Translations under genes and position numbers: made by a program | Shown: positions 10,841 through 23,937 of the stretch, piece after piece | Layout: every line of letters starts with the position of its first letter | Position numbering within the stretch: position 1 is the first letter of the stretch | Origin: Escherichia coli | GTDB lineage: Bacteria > Pseudomonadota > Gammaproteobacteria > Enterobacterales > Enterobacteriaceae | DNA: 64,000 bases | NCBI RefSeq assembly: GCF_003334815.1 | Contig: NZ_QOWO01000003.1 | Direction: 5' to 3' (one strand) | Notes under the pieces: generated by a model | What the model was told of the DNA's origin: nothing | Database searches by the model: none | The model's input: the letters and a program-made list of their open reading frames with translations, nothing else

Positions 10841-11170
10841 TTATTTACGGTACAAAATGGCTTGTGAATACCACTGTCCTGTCACGATGGTTTCGTCCAC
10901 CATGACGACAACGTAATAATCAGCTTTTGCAGCGACAGCTTTCGCTTTGATTTCTGCTAATGCGTCATCCGGAGAACCCCGAACCATCGTGCTTACGCTA
11001 CCTATTCGCTGTAACCCTTGCGTCTGGTCGCGGCGAATCTCTTGCGGATGGTCCGTTACTGGCGGTGCTGGCTGTGGCGTACCTTGCAGTGCGCTACAGG
11101 CACTTAACATCAACACCAATAATAAACTGGCAAACCGGTAAATAACGCTATTACGTTTCCTGCTAACCAT
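10841..11170 (-). CDS. bsmA: biofilm/peroxide-resistance lipoprotein BsmA
   Basis: 109 aa from MVSRKRN...; lipobox LSAC; C-terminal ...QAILYRK. Confidence 0.8.
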   Translation of the reverse strand: MVSRKRNSVIYRFASLLLVLMLSACSALQGTPQPAPPVTDHPQEIRRDQTQGLQRIGSVSTMVRGSPDDALAEIKAKAVAAKADYYVVVMVDETIVTGQWYSQAILYRK

Positions 11171-11351
11171 AGTGTAGTGCCTTATTAATTTAACTTTGGG
11201 GGAATGTTCCCGAATTGTTACCTGGTACGCGATTTTCGAATGAAAACGTGACGAAAGCGTAACCCACATCTCAACATTATGAACTAATACCGCCAGCAGA
11301 AACTTGTGCTAAGGATTTCTTCATGTCATACCAGACAAAAAGGAGAGACAG

Positions 11352-12101
11352 ATGATTGAAATAGAATCACGCGAGCTGGCAGATATTCCCGTTCTTCATG
11401 CTTATCCTGTCGGACAAAAAGATACCCCGTTACCGTGCGCGATTTTTTATCACGGCTTTACTTCGTCCAGTCTGGTGTATAGCTATTTTGCCGTTGCGCT
11501 GGCGCAGGCTGGTTTGCGGGTGATCATGCCGGATGCGCCCGATCACGGTAGTCGTTTTAGTGGCGACGCAGCGCGGCGGTTAAATCAATTCTGGCAAATC
11601 TTGCTACAAAGTATGCAGGAATTCACTACTTTACGTGCGGCAATAGCCGAAGAAAAGTGGCTGCTTGATGACCGTCTGGCAGTCGGTGGTGCGTCGATGG
11701 GCGCGATGACGGCACTGGGGATTACCGCTCGCCACCCCACGGTGAGATGTACCGCCAGCATGATGGGATCGGGCTATTTTACATCGCTCGCCCGTTCACT
11801 GTTTCCACCGCTGATACCTGAAACGGCAGCACAACAGAATGAATTCAATAACATTGTCGCGCCGCTGGCAGAGTGGGAAGCGACAAACCACCTGGAACAA
11901 CTTGGTGACAGACCTCTACTGCTGTGGCATGGCCTCGACGATGACGTTGTGCCTGCCGATGAATCACTACGTTTGCAGCAGGCCTTAAGCGAGACGGGAC
12001 GGGATAAACTGCTAACCTGTTCATGGCAGCCAGGCGTGCGTCACCGCATTACGCCTGAGGCGTTAGATGCTGCAGTGACATTTTTCCGCCAGCATCTTTA
12101 A
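11352..12101 (+). CDS. yjfP: alpha/beta-hydrolase esterase YjfP
   Basis: 249 aa, GxSxG (GASMG) nucleophile elbow. Confidence 0.88.
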
Positions 12102-12853
12102 ACACGCAGAATGCTGACCCCTTGCGCTTCCAGTTGTTGCAGGATTTCCGGGTTAGCATTTTTGCCGGTGATCAGCATATCAATTTGATCGGCACGGCTA
12201 AAAAGCATTCCCGCGCGTTCGCCAATCTTACTGCTATCAACCAGTACCACCAGTTTCCCTACCACGCTCAGCATCTTCTGCTCTGCCATTGCCGTCAGCA
12301 TATCGGTTTTATACAACCCTTCTGCTGTCAGTCCTTTGCCGCTGGTAAACATCCAGTGCCCGGCATAGAGACTGTTTTCGCTGCCCTGCGGGCTTAAAGT
12401 GATGGACTGACTTTTGTTGTACTGTCCGCCCATAATGATCACGCTGTCATGTTCTTGATCGATCAGGTAATTTGCCAGCGGTAGATAATTAGTGATGATT
12501 TGCACTGGCTTGCCACACATTTCCCGCCCAAGCAGAAACGCGGTGGAGCCGCAGTTGATGACTACGCTTTCGCCCGGATTAACCAGCTGCGAGGCCGCTT
12601 TAGCGATACGTACTTTTTCATCGTGATTCTGCGCCTGATGCAGATTCATCGGCGTCCAGCGCGGGCGCTGTTGGGTAATAGCTTCTGCGCCATTGCGCAC
12701 TTTTTTCAGTTTGCCGCTTTCGTCAAGTTTATTGATATCGCGTCGCGCAGTGGCAGGCGAAATTCCCAGACGCTCAACGACTTTCTCAACGGTCACAAAG
12801 CCCAATTGTGCGAGCATTTCCAGGAGGATTTGATGTCTTTGTGCTTCAGTCAT
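12098..12853 (-). CDS. ulaR: DeoR-family repressor of the ascorbate (ula) regulon
   Basis: 251 aa, N-terminal HTH, DeoR C-terminal domain. Confidence 0.92.
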
Positions 12854-12960
12854 GAGCTATTCCGATAAAATTTGATTTTTTTAGATGATATTTGAAATAG
12901 CCAGGAAATACTACGCCGGATAGCGCGAACTACTCCACGCTATCCGGTATAAACGACAGA

Positions 12961-14025
12961 TTACAGGAATGACTTGAACGGCAGATCCGGTTCAATAGTG
13001 AAGCAATCATCGAAACCACGCGGATAGTGGTACTCGAAGTTGTCTTTATCCAACGGCCAGGTAAATTTGCCGCCAACCTGCCAGATAAACGGCTTGAAGC
13101 CATACTTCAGGCGATCTTTTTTCATCTCCCACAGCACGCGGATCTCTTGCGGATCGGCCTGGAAGTTTGACCAGATATCGTGGTGGAACGGGATAACCAC
13201 TTTCGCATTCAGGGCTTCACCCATACGCAGCATATCGGCGCTGGTCATTTTGTCGGTGATACCGCGCGGGTTTTCGCCGTATGAACCTAAAGCCACGTCG
13301 ATCTGATGTTCGTTACCGTGCTTCGCATAATAGTTAGAGTAGTGGGAGTCGCCGCTGTGATACAGGGAGCCGCCAGGCGTTTTGAACAGATAGTTCACCG
13401 CGCGATCGTCCATGCCGTCCGGCAGTACGCCAGCCGCTTTTTGATCGGCAGGCAGGGTGATCAGTGCAGTACGGTCGAAAGCGTCAAGCGCATGAATTTC
13501 AATGTCTTTCACTTTTACAACATCGCCCGGTTTGACCACGATGCAACGCTCTTTCGGTACGCCCCAGCCAATCCACAAATCCACACAGGTTTTCGGTCCA
13601 ATGAACGGTACGTCATCAGCACAGTTCTGCATCACAGCAGCAGCGACGTTGACGTCGATATGATCGTTGTGATCGTGAGTCGCCAGTACCGCGTCGACCT
13701 GGCGAATCGCAAACGGATCAAGAACAAACGGGGTGGTGCGCAGGTTTGGCTGCAGTTTTTTCACGCCAGCCATGCGCTGCATTTGGTGACCCTGTTTCAT
13801 TAACGGGTTACCGTGACTTTGTTTGCCAGTGCCGCACCAGAAATCAACGCAAACGTTGGTGCCACCTTCCGATTTTAACCAGATCCCGGTGCAGCCAAGC
13901 CACCACATCGCAAATGTGCCAGGAGCGACCTGTTCTTGTTCAATTTCTTCATTCAACCAGCTACCCCACTCCGGGAAAGTGCTCAGGATCCAGGATTCAC
14001 GGGTGATACTTTTCACTTTACTCAT
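12961..14025 (-). CDS. ulaG: L-ascorbate-6-phosphate lactonase (metallo-beta-lactamase fold)
   Basis: 354 aa from [12 protein letters not shown]...; HxHxDH metal motif. Confidence 0.92.
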   Translation of the reverse strand: MSKVKSITRESWILSTFPEWGSWLNEEIEQEQVAPGTFAMWWLGCTGIWLKSEGGTNVCVDFWCGTGKQSHGNPLMKQGHQMQRMAGVKKLQPNLRTTPFVLDPFAIRQVDAVLATHDHNDHIDVNVAAAVMQNCADDVPFIGPKTCVDLWIGWGVPKERCIVVKPGDVVKVKDIEIHALDAFDRTALITLPADQKAAGVLPDGMDDRAVNYLFKTPGGSLYHSGDSHYSNYYAKHGNEHQIDVALGSYGENPRGITDKMTSADMLRMGEALNAKVVIPFHHDIWSNFQADPQEIRVLWEMKKDRLKYGFKPFIWQVGGKFTWPLDKDNFEYHYPRGFDDCFTIEPDLPFKSFL

Positions 14026-15777
<1,752 letters not shown>

Positions 15778-15792
15778 TAAGGAGTTTTGATT

Positions 15793-16098
15793 ATGACCGT
15801 ACGTATTCTGGCTGTGTGTGGCAACGGACAAGGCAGTTCCATGATCATGAAGATGAAAGTGGACCAGTTTTTAACCCAATCAAACATTGACCACACGGTA
15901 AACAGCTGCGCGGTTGGCGAATACAAAAGCGAGTTGAGCGGCGCGGATATCATCATCGCTTCTACGCACATTGCGGGCGAAATCACCGTGACCGGCAACA
16001 AATACGTGGTTGGTGTGCGCAACATGCTCTCTCCTGCCGACTTTGGCCCGAAACTGCTGGAAGTGATCAAAGAGCATTTCCCGCAGGATGTGAAGTAA
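15793..16098 (+). CDS. ulaB: ascorbate PTS EIIB component
   Basis: 101 aa from [16 protein letters not shown]; catalytic Cys in CGNG. Confidence 0.92.
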
Positions 16099-16107
16099 GG
16101 ACGCGCC

Positions 16108-16572
16108 ATGAAATTACGTGATTCGCTGGCGGAGAATAAATCCATCCGCCTGCAGGCTGAAGCTGAGACATGGCAGGACGCAGTAAAAATCGGCGTTGAC
16201 CTGCTGGTGGCGGCGGATGTTGTCGAGCCGCGTTACTACCAGGCGATTCTGGATGCGGTTGAACAGCACGGTCCGTACTTTGTGCTCGCACCAGGCCTGG
16301 CAATGCCGCACGGTCGCCCGGAAGAGGGCGTTAAGAAAACCGGTTTTGCGCTGGTGACGCTGAAAAAGCCTCTGGAGTTCAACCACGAAGATAACGACCC
16401 GGTGGATATCCTCATCACCATGGCGGCGGTCGATGCCAACACGCACCAGGAAGTGGGCATCATGCAGATCGTCAACCTGTTTGAAGATGAAGAAAATTTC
16501 GACCGTTTACGTGCCTGCCGTACCGAGCAGGAAGTACTGGATCTCATTGACCGCACCAACGCGGCAGCTTAA
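16108..16572 (+). CDS. ulaC: ascorbate PTS EIIA component
   Basis: 154 aa, PTS EIIA type 2. Confidence 0.92.
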   Translation: MKLRDSLAENKSIRLQAEAETWQDAVKIGVDLLVAADVVEPRYYQAILDAVEQHGPYFVLAPGLAMPHGRPEEGVKKTGFALVTLKKPLEFNHEDNDPVDILITMAAVDANTHQEVGIMQIVNLFEDEENFDRLRACRTEQEVLDLIDRTNAAA

Positions 16573-16585
16573 GAAGGAATTGAAG

Positions 16586-17236
16586 ATGTCATTACCGATG
16601 TTACAAGTCGCGCTGGACAACCAGACTATGGATAGCGCCTACGAAACCACTCGCCTGATTGCCGAAGAAGTCGACATTATCGAAGTGGGTACCATTCTGT
16701 GCGTGGGCGAAGGCGTGCGTGCGGTTCGCGATCTGAAAGCGCTTTACCCGCACAAAATCGTACTGGCAGACGCCAAAATTGCCGATGCGGGCAAAATCCT
16801 CTCTCGTATGTGCTTCGAAGCCAACGCTGACTGGGTGACGGTAATTTGCTGTGCGGATATCAACACCGCCAAAGGCGCGCTGGACGTAGCAAAAGAGTTT
16901 AACGGCGACGTGCAGATCGAACTGACCGGCTACTGGACCTGGGAACAGGCGCAGCAGTGGCGTGACGCAGGCATTCAGCAGGTGGTTTATCACCGCAGCC
17001 GTGACGCGCAGGCCGCAGGCGTAGCGTGGGGCGAAGCGGACATTACCGCGATCAAACGTCTTTCCGATATGGGCTTCAAAGTCACCGTCACCGGTGGCCT
17101 GGCGCTGGAAGATCTGCCGCTGTTCAAAGGTATTCCGATTCATGTGTTTATCGCTGGTCGCAGCATCCGTGATGCCGCTTCTCCGGTTGAAGCTGCACGT
17201 CAGTTCAAACGTTCCATCGCCGAACTGTGGGGCTAA
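16586..17236 (+). CDS. ulaD: 3-keto-L-gulonate-6-phosphate decarboxylase
   Basis: 216 aa from ATG at 16586 ([11 protein letters not shown]...); OMP-decarboxylase fold. Confidence 0.92.
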   Translation: MSLPMLQVALDNQTMDSAYETTRLIAEEVDIIEVGTILCVGEGVRAVRDLKALYPHKIVLADAKIADAGKILSRMCFEANADWVTVICCADINTAKGALDVAKEFNGDVQIELTGYWTWEQAQQWRDAGIQQVVYHRSRDAQAAGVAWGEADITAIKRLSDMGFKVTVTGGLALEDLPLFKGIPIHVFIAGRSIRDAASPVEAARQFKRSIAELWG

Positions 17237-17245
17237 GGAGCGGAT

Positions 17246-18100
17246 ATGTTGTCCAAACAAATCCCGCTTGGCATCTATGAAAAAGCGCTCCCCGCCGGGG
17301 AGTGCTGGCTGGAACGCCTGCAACTGGCAAAAACGTTGGGCTTCGATTTTGTCGAGATGTCGGTAGATGAAACGGACGAGCGCCTGTCGCGCCTCGACTG
17401 GAGCCGCGAGCAGCGTCTGGCGCTGGTGAACGCGATTGTTGAAACCGGCGTGCGCGTGCCGTCCATGTGCCTTTCTGCTCATCGTCGTTTCCCGCTGGGC
17501 AGTGAAGATGACGCGGTGCGGGCGCAGGGGCTGGAGATTATGCGTAAAGCTATCCAGTTCGCCCAGGATGTCGGTATTCGCGTGATCCAACTGGCGGGCT
17601 ATGACGTTTACTATCAGGAAGCCAATAACGAAACGCGTCGTCGTTTCCGTGACGGCCTGAAAGAGAGCGTTGAGATGGCAAGCCGCGCGCAGGTGACGCT
17701 GGCGATGGAGATCATGGATTACCCATTGATGAACTCCATCAGCAAGGCGCTGGGCTACGCGCACTATCTCAACAACCCGTGGTTCCAGCTCTACCCGGAT
17801 ATCGGCAACCTCTCGGCGTGGGACAACGACGTGCAGATGGAGTTGCAGGCCGGAATCGGGCATATCGTCGCGGTACATGTGAAAGACACCAAACCGGGCG
17901 TCTTCAAAAACGTGCCGTTTGGCGAAGGCGTGGTGGATTTCGAACGTTGTTTCGAAACGCTCAAACAGAGTGGCTATTGCGGGCCGTACCTGATTGAGAT
18001 GTGGAGCGAAACGGCGGAAGACCCGGCGGCAGAAGTGGCGAAAGCGCGTGATTGGGTGAAAGCGCGCATGGCGAAAGCGGGCATGGTGGAGGCGGCATAA
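17246..18100 (+). CDS. ulaE: L-xylulose-5-phosphate 3-epimerase
   Basis: 284 aa, TIM barrel. Confidence 0.92.
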   Translation: MLSKQIPLGIYEKALPAGECWLERLQLAKTLGFDFVEMSVDETDERLSRLDWSREQRLALVNAIVETGVRVPSMCLSAHRRFPLGSEDDAVRAQGLEIMRKAIQFAQDVGIRVIQLAGYDVYYQEANNETRRRFRDGLKESVEMASRAQVTLAMEIMDYPLMNSISKALGYAHYLNNPWFQLYPDIGNLSAWDNDVQMELQAGIGHIVAVHVKDTKPGVFKNVPFGEGVVDFERCFETLKQSGYCGPYLIEMWSETAEDPAAEVAKARDWVKARMAKAGMVEAA

Positions 18101-18786
18101 TGCAAAAGCTAAAACAGCAGGTATTTGAAGCCAACATGGAGCTGCCGCGCTACGGGCTGGTGACCTTTACCTGGGGCAACGTCAGCGCTATCGACCGCGA
18201 ACGCGGGCTGGTGGTGATCAAGCCCAGCGGCGTTGCCTACGAAACCATGAAAGCGGCCGATATGGTGGTGGTTGATATGAGCGGCAAGGTGGTGGAAGGG
18301 GAGTATCGCCCATCTTCCGACACCGCGACGCATCTCGAACTCTACCGTCGTTACCCGTCGCTTGGCGGCATTGTCCATACCCACTCCACTCATGCCACCG
18401 CATGGGCGCAGGCGGGGCTGGCGATCCCGGCGTTAGGCACCACGCACGCTGACTACTTCTTTGGTGATATCCCGTGCACGCGCGGATTAAGCGAAGAAGA
18501 GGTGCAGGGTGAGTACGAACTGAACACTGGCAAAGTGATTATCGAAACGCTGGGCAACGCCGAGCCGCTGCATACGCCGGGAATTGTGGTGTATCAGCAC
18601 GGACCGTTCGCCTGGGGGAAAGATGCCCACGACGCGGTGCATAACGCGGTAGTGATGGAAGAAGTGGCGAAAATGGCGTGGATTGCGCGCAGTATTAATC
18701 CACAACTCAATCACATCGACAGCTTCCTGATGAATAAACACTTCATGCGTAAACACGGTCCTAACGCTTATTACGGGCAGAAGTAG
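18100..18786 (+). CDS. ulaF: L-ribulose-5-phosphate 4-epimerase
   Basis: 228 aa from ATG overlapping ulaE stop (TAATG); class II aldolase fold. Confidence 0.92.
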   Translation: MQKLKQQVFEANMELPRYGLVTFTWGNVSAIDRERGLVVIKPSGVAYETMKAADMVVVDMSGKVVEGEYRPSSDTATHLELYRRYPSLGGIVHTHSTHATAWAQAGLAIPALGTTHADYFFGDIPCTRGLSEEEVQGEYELNTGKVIIETLGNAEPLHTPGIVVYQHGPFAWGKDAHDAVHNAVVMEEVAKMAWIARSINPQLNHIDSFLMNKHFMRKHGPNAYYGQK

Positions 18787-18842
18787 AACACGCGCTGCGG
18801 AAATTTCCTTCCTCGGGAGATAACTGGTCTAATTCCGCAGCC

Positions 18843-18876
18843 GTTTTTCAAAAAAAGCCCCCTGAGAAGGGGGCAA
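18843..18876 (-). terminator. rho-independent terminator (yjfY; hairpin shared with ula operon end)
   Basis: gccccct-gaga-agggggc hairpin with T-run on minus strand. Confidence 0.55.
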
Positions 18877-18914
18877 AGCAAACTATGGCAATGTTTCTTT
18901 GGTTATACCTGGTG

Positions 18915-19190
18915 CTAGCGATAAATATCCGCGCTGGCGTGCATATTGCCGTTACTCCCCGGTTCCCGCATCAGAATCACGTGGTAGTACGTTGCGCCCT
19001 GCGCATCTGTCTCTTCATTTAATGCCTGACGCGCTTCGCTTTCAGTGGCGAAATTATGATTGATATAAATCACGCCTAAGCTTTGCACATCGTCCATATT
19101 TCTGGCCTGGTGGTTATTAATTTCAATGGCTGCCCATGTATTTGCACTTAGCAAAAGCACAGCCAGAAGGGCTAAAACACGGCTGAACAT
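18915..19190 (-). CDS. yjfY: DUF1471 secreted protein YjfY
   Basis: 91 aa with signal peptide; C-terminal ...ASADIYR. Confidence 0.85.
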   Translation of the reverse strand: MFSRVLALLAVLLLSANTWAAIEINNHQARNMDDVQSLGVIYINHNFATESEARQALNEETDAQGATYYHVILMREPGSNGNMHASADIYR

Positions 19191-19390
19191 AGATACCTCC
19201 TCGACGGCTGTTTTTGTGTGCTCTCCTCATGTGGTGATGGTCTGATTTAATTTTAATCACGGATGAAAAAGTTGATGGCGACCATTTCTGATGCAGTTGT
19301 TCAAAAAAACAGCATGATGAAGTGTGATGAACTTCAAATCAGCGGCTTAGTGGTTATTTGCGAAAGGGGAGATTTATTTCTGCTCTGCCC

Positions 19391-19419
19391 TTGAGTTTAG
19401 CAAGGTATGTCAGTACTAT
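19391..19419 (+). promoter_or_regulatory. candidate sigma70 promoter for rpsF operon
   Basis: TTGAGT, 17-nt spacer, TACTAT about 100 nt upstream of rpsF; motif match only. Confidence 0.3.
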
Positions 19420-19499
19420 AACGCGTCATTTTTCAGCCGACCTTTAACACGTTCCTTGCCTCCCCGGGATTCGGCTGACCCAGACAGGAGGCTGAATAA

Positions 19500-19913
<414 letters not shown>

Positions 19914-19919
19914 TTTCTG

Positions 19920-20466
<547 letters not shown>

Positions 20467-20495
20467 TCGGTCACGGTCCATTAATACGACTTTGA

Positions 20496-20957
<462 letters not shown>

Positions 20958-20977
20958 TTCGTTATTCAACGAGACGT

Positions 20978-21012
20978 AAAAACGCCGACCATTGGTCGGC
21001 GTTTTGCTTTTG
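20978..21012 (+). terminator. rho-independent terminator after rplI
   Basis: acgccgacc-attg-gtcggcgt hairpin followed by TTTTGCTTTT. Confidence 0.7.
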
Positions 21013-21068
21013 TAGCGAGCACTTGCAGATATCGATAAGGGCCACAATAAGCAGCCCTACGAAGATAA

Positions 21069-22040
21069 TTACTTAGCTGCCTGAATATCAGCCAGCATTG
21101 GGGCAAGGGCTGGGTTGTCCTTAGCGAAGTTTGCGTACATTGGCTGTACTTTCTCGATAAACGGAGCTTTATCTACCTGGTAGACTTTCACGCCCATTTT
21201 ATCCAGTTTTGCAAATTCTTGTTTCTCTTCCTCGCTCCACAAGTCTTTCATGTAGCTCATTGATTCTTTAGCTGCTTTTAATATAACTGCCTGATTTTCC
21301 TGGCTAAGTTTATCAAACGCAGCATTGCTCATCAGAACCACATCGGGAACCATAGTGTGTTCGTCAAGGCTGAAGGATTTTGCCACTTCACCGTGACGCA
21401 TGGTAGTCAGCGCCATCACGCTGTTTTCTGCCATATCGACCACACCCTGCTGTAAGGCTGTATACAACTCGCCGTAATCCAGTGGCGTCGGGTTACCGCC
21501 CATGACTTTGATCATTTCAACTGCGCCAGGGCTTGGCTGGACACGGACTTTCATGCCTTTCAGATCGTCTGGTTTCAGTACTGGTTTATTGCCATAGAAA
21601 CTGCGGGCGCCTCCATCATAAAAAGTCAGCCCGAAATAACCTTTGCTTTTCGTTGAGTCGAGGATTTTTCTCCCGATATCGCCCTGCATGACCTGATAAT
21701 AATGATCACGATCGCGGAACAAATAAGGCAGGCTAAATAATTTATAGGAATTTTCAAATGCTTCCATTTCTGCCGCATTGGTTTTTACCAGGGGAATAGC
21801 GCCAGAACGAATCAGCTCCATTGTTTCTCGTTGAGTACCCAATGTTCCATTTGGATAAATACGAATAGTAATATCACCGTTAGAGTACTCTTTGCTCTTT
21901 TTCGCAAAGAACTCCATCGCTTTATGAACAGGATGAGACTTATCCTGATTATGACTCAGTTTTAATGTCACTGCCCAGGACTGGCTTGCGGATAACATAA
22001 GAACAGCACCGATAATGCCAGCGGATACTTTTATTTTCAT
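21069..22040 (-). CDS. TRAP transporter substrate-binding protein (DctP family)
   Basis: 323 aa, signal peptide MKIKVSAGIIGAVLMLSASQSWA, DctP-like fold with conserved Arg in GGARSF. Confidence 0.8.
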   Translation of the reverse strand: MKIKVSAGIIGAVLMLSASQSWAVTLKLSHNQDKSHPVHKAMEFFAKKSKEYSNGDITIRIYPNGTLGTQRETMELIRSGAIPLVKTNAAEMEAFENSYKLFSLPYLFRDRDHYYQVMQGDIGRKILDSTKSKGYFGLTFYDGGARSFYGNKPVLKPDDLKGMKVRVQPSPGAVEMIKVMGGNPTPLDYGELYTALQQGVVDMAENSVMALTTMRHGEVAKSFSLDEHTMVPDVVLMSNAAFDKLSQENQAVILKAAKESMSYMKDLWSEEEKQEFAKLDKMGVKVYQVDKAPFIEKVQPMYANFAKDNPALAPMLADIQAAK

Positions 22041-22092
22041 AGATGTTCCTTTTCTAATAAATATGGCGGCAGGTGCCGCCAGTGAATGCGCA

Positions 22093-23394
22093 TCAGTAGC
22101 CCAGTGCTCTTGGCAATGCCATACTGATTTGCGGAATATAGGTCACCATTGCCAGCACCAATACCATCACGGCATAGAATGGCAGCATAGGTTTGATAAT
22201 TTTATTAATCGGTAATTTAGATACACTACAACCGACAAATAACACACTGCCTACAGGCGGAGTACAAATACCGATACACATGTTCAGTACCATGACAATA
22301 CCAAAGTGAATCGGGTCCATGCCCAGTTCGGTGACAACCGGTAAAAATATCGGCGTAAAAATCAGTACCGCCGGTGTCATATCCATAAAAGTGCCGATAA
22401 TCAACAGGATAATATTGATAATAAGCAGGATTATTATTGGGTTGTCAGAAATAGTGTTAAGCAAATCGAGAATCAGGAAGGGAACGTCAGCGTTTGACAT
22501 TGCCCATGACATACCCATCGAAGAACCAATTAATAACAAGACAATTGCAGTGGTAATAACGGATTCCAGAAATATTTTAGGTAAATCTTTAACTGAGATT
22601 TCACGATAAAGAACCAGTGCAAGGAAAAGGGTATAAATTACTGCAATTGCGGAGGCCTCTGTCGGGGTAAAAATACCACTTAATACACCCCCCATAATTA
22701 AAATAATCAGGAAAATACTGGGGATAGCCATCCATATCGCAACGCCAGCCTGGCGTAAAGTCGGGCGTTCTGGCTTTGGATAACCGCGACGTACCGCGAT
22801 AATACCGGCTATTACCATCAGTGCCAGACCCAGCAAAATTCCCGGAACATAACCCGCCAGGAACAGTGCGGCAATAGAAGTACCACCACTGACCAGTGAA
22901 TAGACGATTAACGTATTACTTGGTGGAATAAGCAAACCCGTCGGGGCAGAGGCAACGTTAACCGCAGTACTGAATGCCGGGTCGTAACCCTCTTTAACCT
23001 GTTGCGGATGCATGACGCCGCCCATCGCAGCCGCCGAAGCCACGGCTGAACCAGAAATTGCCCCGAACAGCATATTGGCGAGAATATTACAGTGGGCAAG
23101 TGAGCCTGGCAGACGACCGCCGAGAATACGGGCAAAGTTGATTAATCGTCGCGCTATTCCTCCATGGTTCATAATGTTGCCAGACAAGATAAAAAATGGG
23201 ATTGCCAACAACGTAAAACTATCTAACCCGGAGGCTAACTTTTGGGAAACCACACTCAATGCTGAGTTGAAATCGAGTTGTGTGGAAATTGATGCCAGTG
23301 TCGATAAACCAATGGCATAAACAATAGGTACACCTAATGCCAACATAAAAAAGAAGGCACCAAATAACACAATAATCGGTAACCAGTAATCCAT
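22093..23394 (-). CDS. TRAP transporter large permease (DctM family)
   Basis: 433 aa, highly hydrophobic multi-pass protein typical of DctM. Confidence 0.8.
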   Translation of the reverse strand: MDYWLPIIVLFGAFFFMLALGVPIVYAIGLSTLASISTQLDFNSALSVVSQKLASGLDSFTLLAIPFFILSGNIMNHGGIARRLINFARILGGRLPGSLAHCNILANMLFGAISGSAVASAAAMGGVMHPQQVKEGYDPAFSTAVNVASAPTGLLIPPSNTLIVYSLVSGGTSIAALFLAGYVPGILLGLALMVIAGIIAVRRGYPKPERPTLRQAGVAIWMAIPSIFLIILIMGGVLSGIFTPTEASAIAVIYTLFLALVLYREISVKDLPKIFLESVITTAIVLLLIGSSMGMSWAMSNADVPFLILDLLNTISDNPIIILLIINIILLIIGTFMDMTPAVLIFTPIFLPVVTELGMDPIHFGIVMVLNMCIGICTPPVGSVLFVGCSVSKLPINKIIKPMLPFYAVMVLVLAMVTYIPQISMALPRALGY

Positions 23395-23436
23395 AATTTC
23401 TCCATTCCTACTATGGTTGGTTGTTGTTTGTTATCT

Positions 23437-23937
23437 TTAGAGTGGTTGTTTAAGTTCGGTTAAAACCATATCTATGGTGTATATAATAATAAGTACACCA
23501 CTAATCGGGATGCTCATATAGATATATCCCATTTGCCAGCCTAAAGCGGGCGAGGTCTGACCTGAATCGAATGTATCCATCGTTAATAGCCCACCACCAT
23601 ATACCATAATGATGGTTGCGAAGATAATAACGATAATCTGAATACACAAAAATAAATGACGTCGGGCTTTTCCTTTCAGCATCATAGGTAGCAGGTCAAT
23701 CGCCAGATGCCGGTTTTGCCCTGCGGTGTATGCCCCACCAAAAAGTCCAAGACAAATAAAGAGCAAACGGCTGAGTTCATCTGTAAAAATACTGGGACTA
23801 GTAAATATAAATCGTGCAGCCACCTGCCACGTCACACATGCCACGATGATCGCCAAAATGGTAATGTTCAATGCTGCAAGCAGAGCATTAATAGATCTAA
23901 TTATATTTCGCATAGTGATTAACCTTTGCAATATCAT
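23437..23937 (-). CDS. TRAP transporter small permease (DctQ family)
   Basis: 166 aa, about four TM segments; start overlaps upstream stop (ATGA). Confidence 0.7.
   Translation of the reverse strand: MILQRLITMRNIIRSINALLAALNITILAIIVACVTWQVAARFIFTSPSIFTDELSRLLFICLGLFGGAYTAGQNRHLAIDLLPMMLKGKARRHLFLCIQIIVIIFATIIMVYGGGLLTMDTFDSGQTSPALGWQMGYIYMSIPISGVLIIIYTIDMVLTELKQPL

Noticed and set aside
16601-17878. 425-aa minus-strand ORF spanning ulaD and ulaE
   Set aside because: Antisense shadow ORF across two well-supported ula genes; Arg/His-rich composition.
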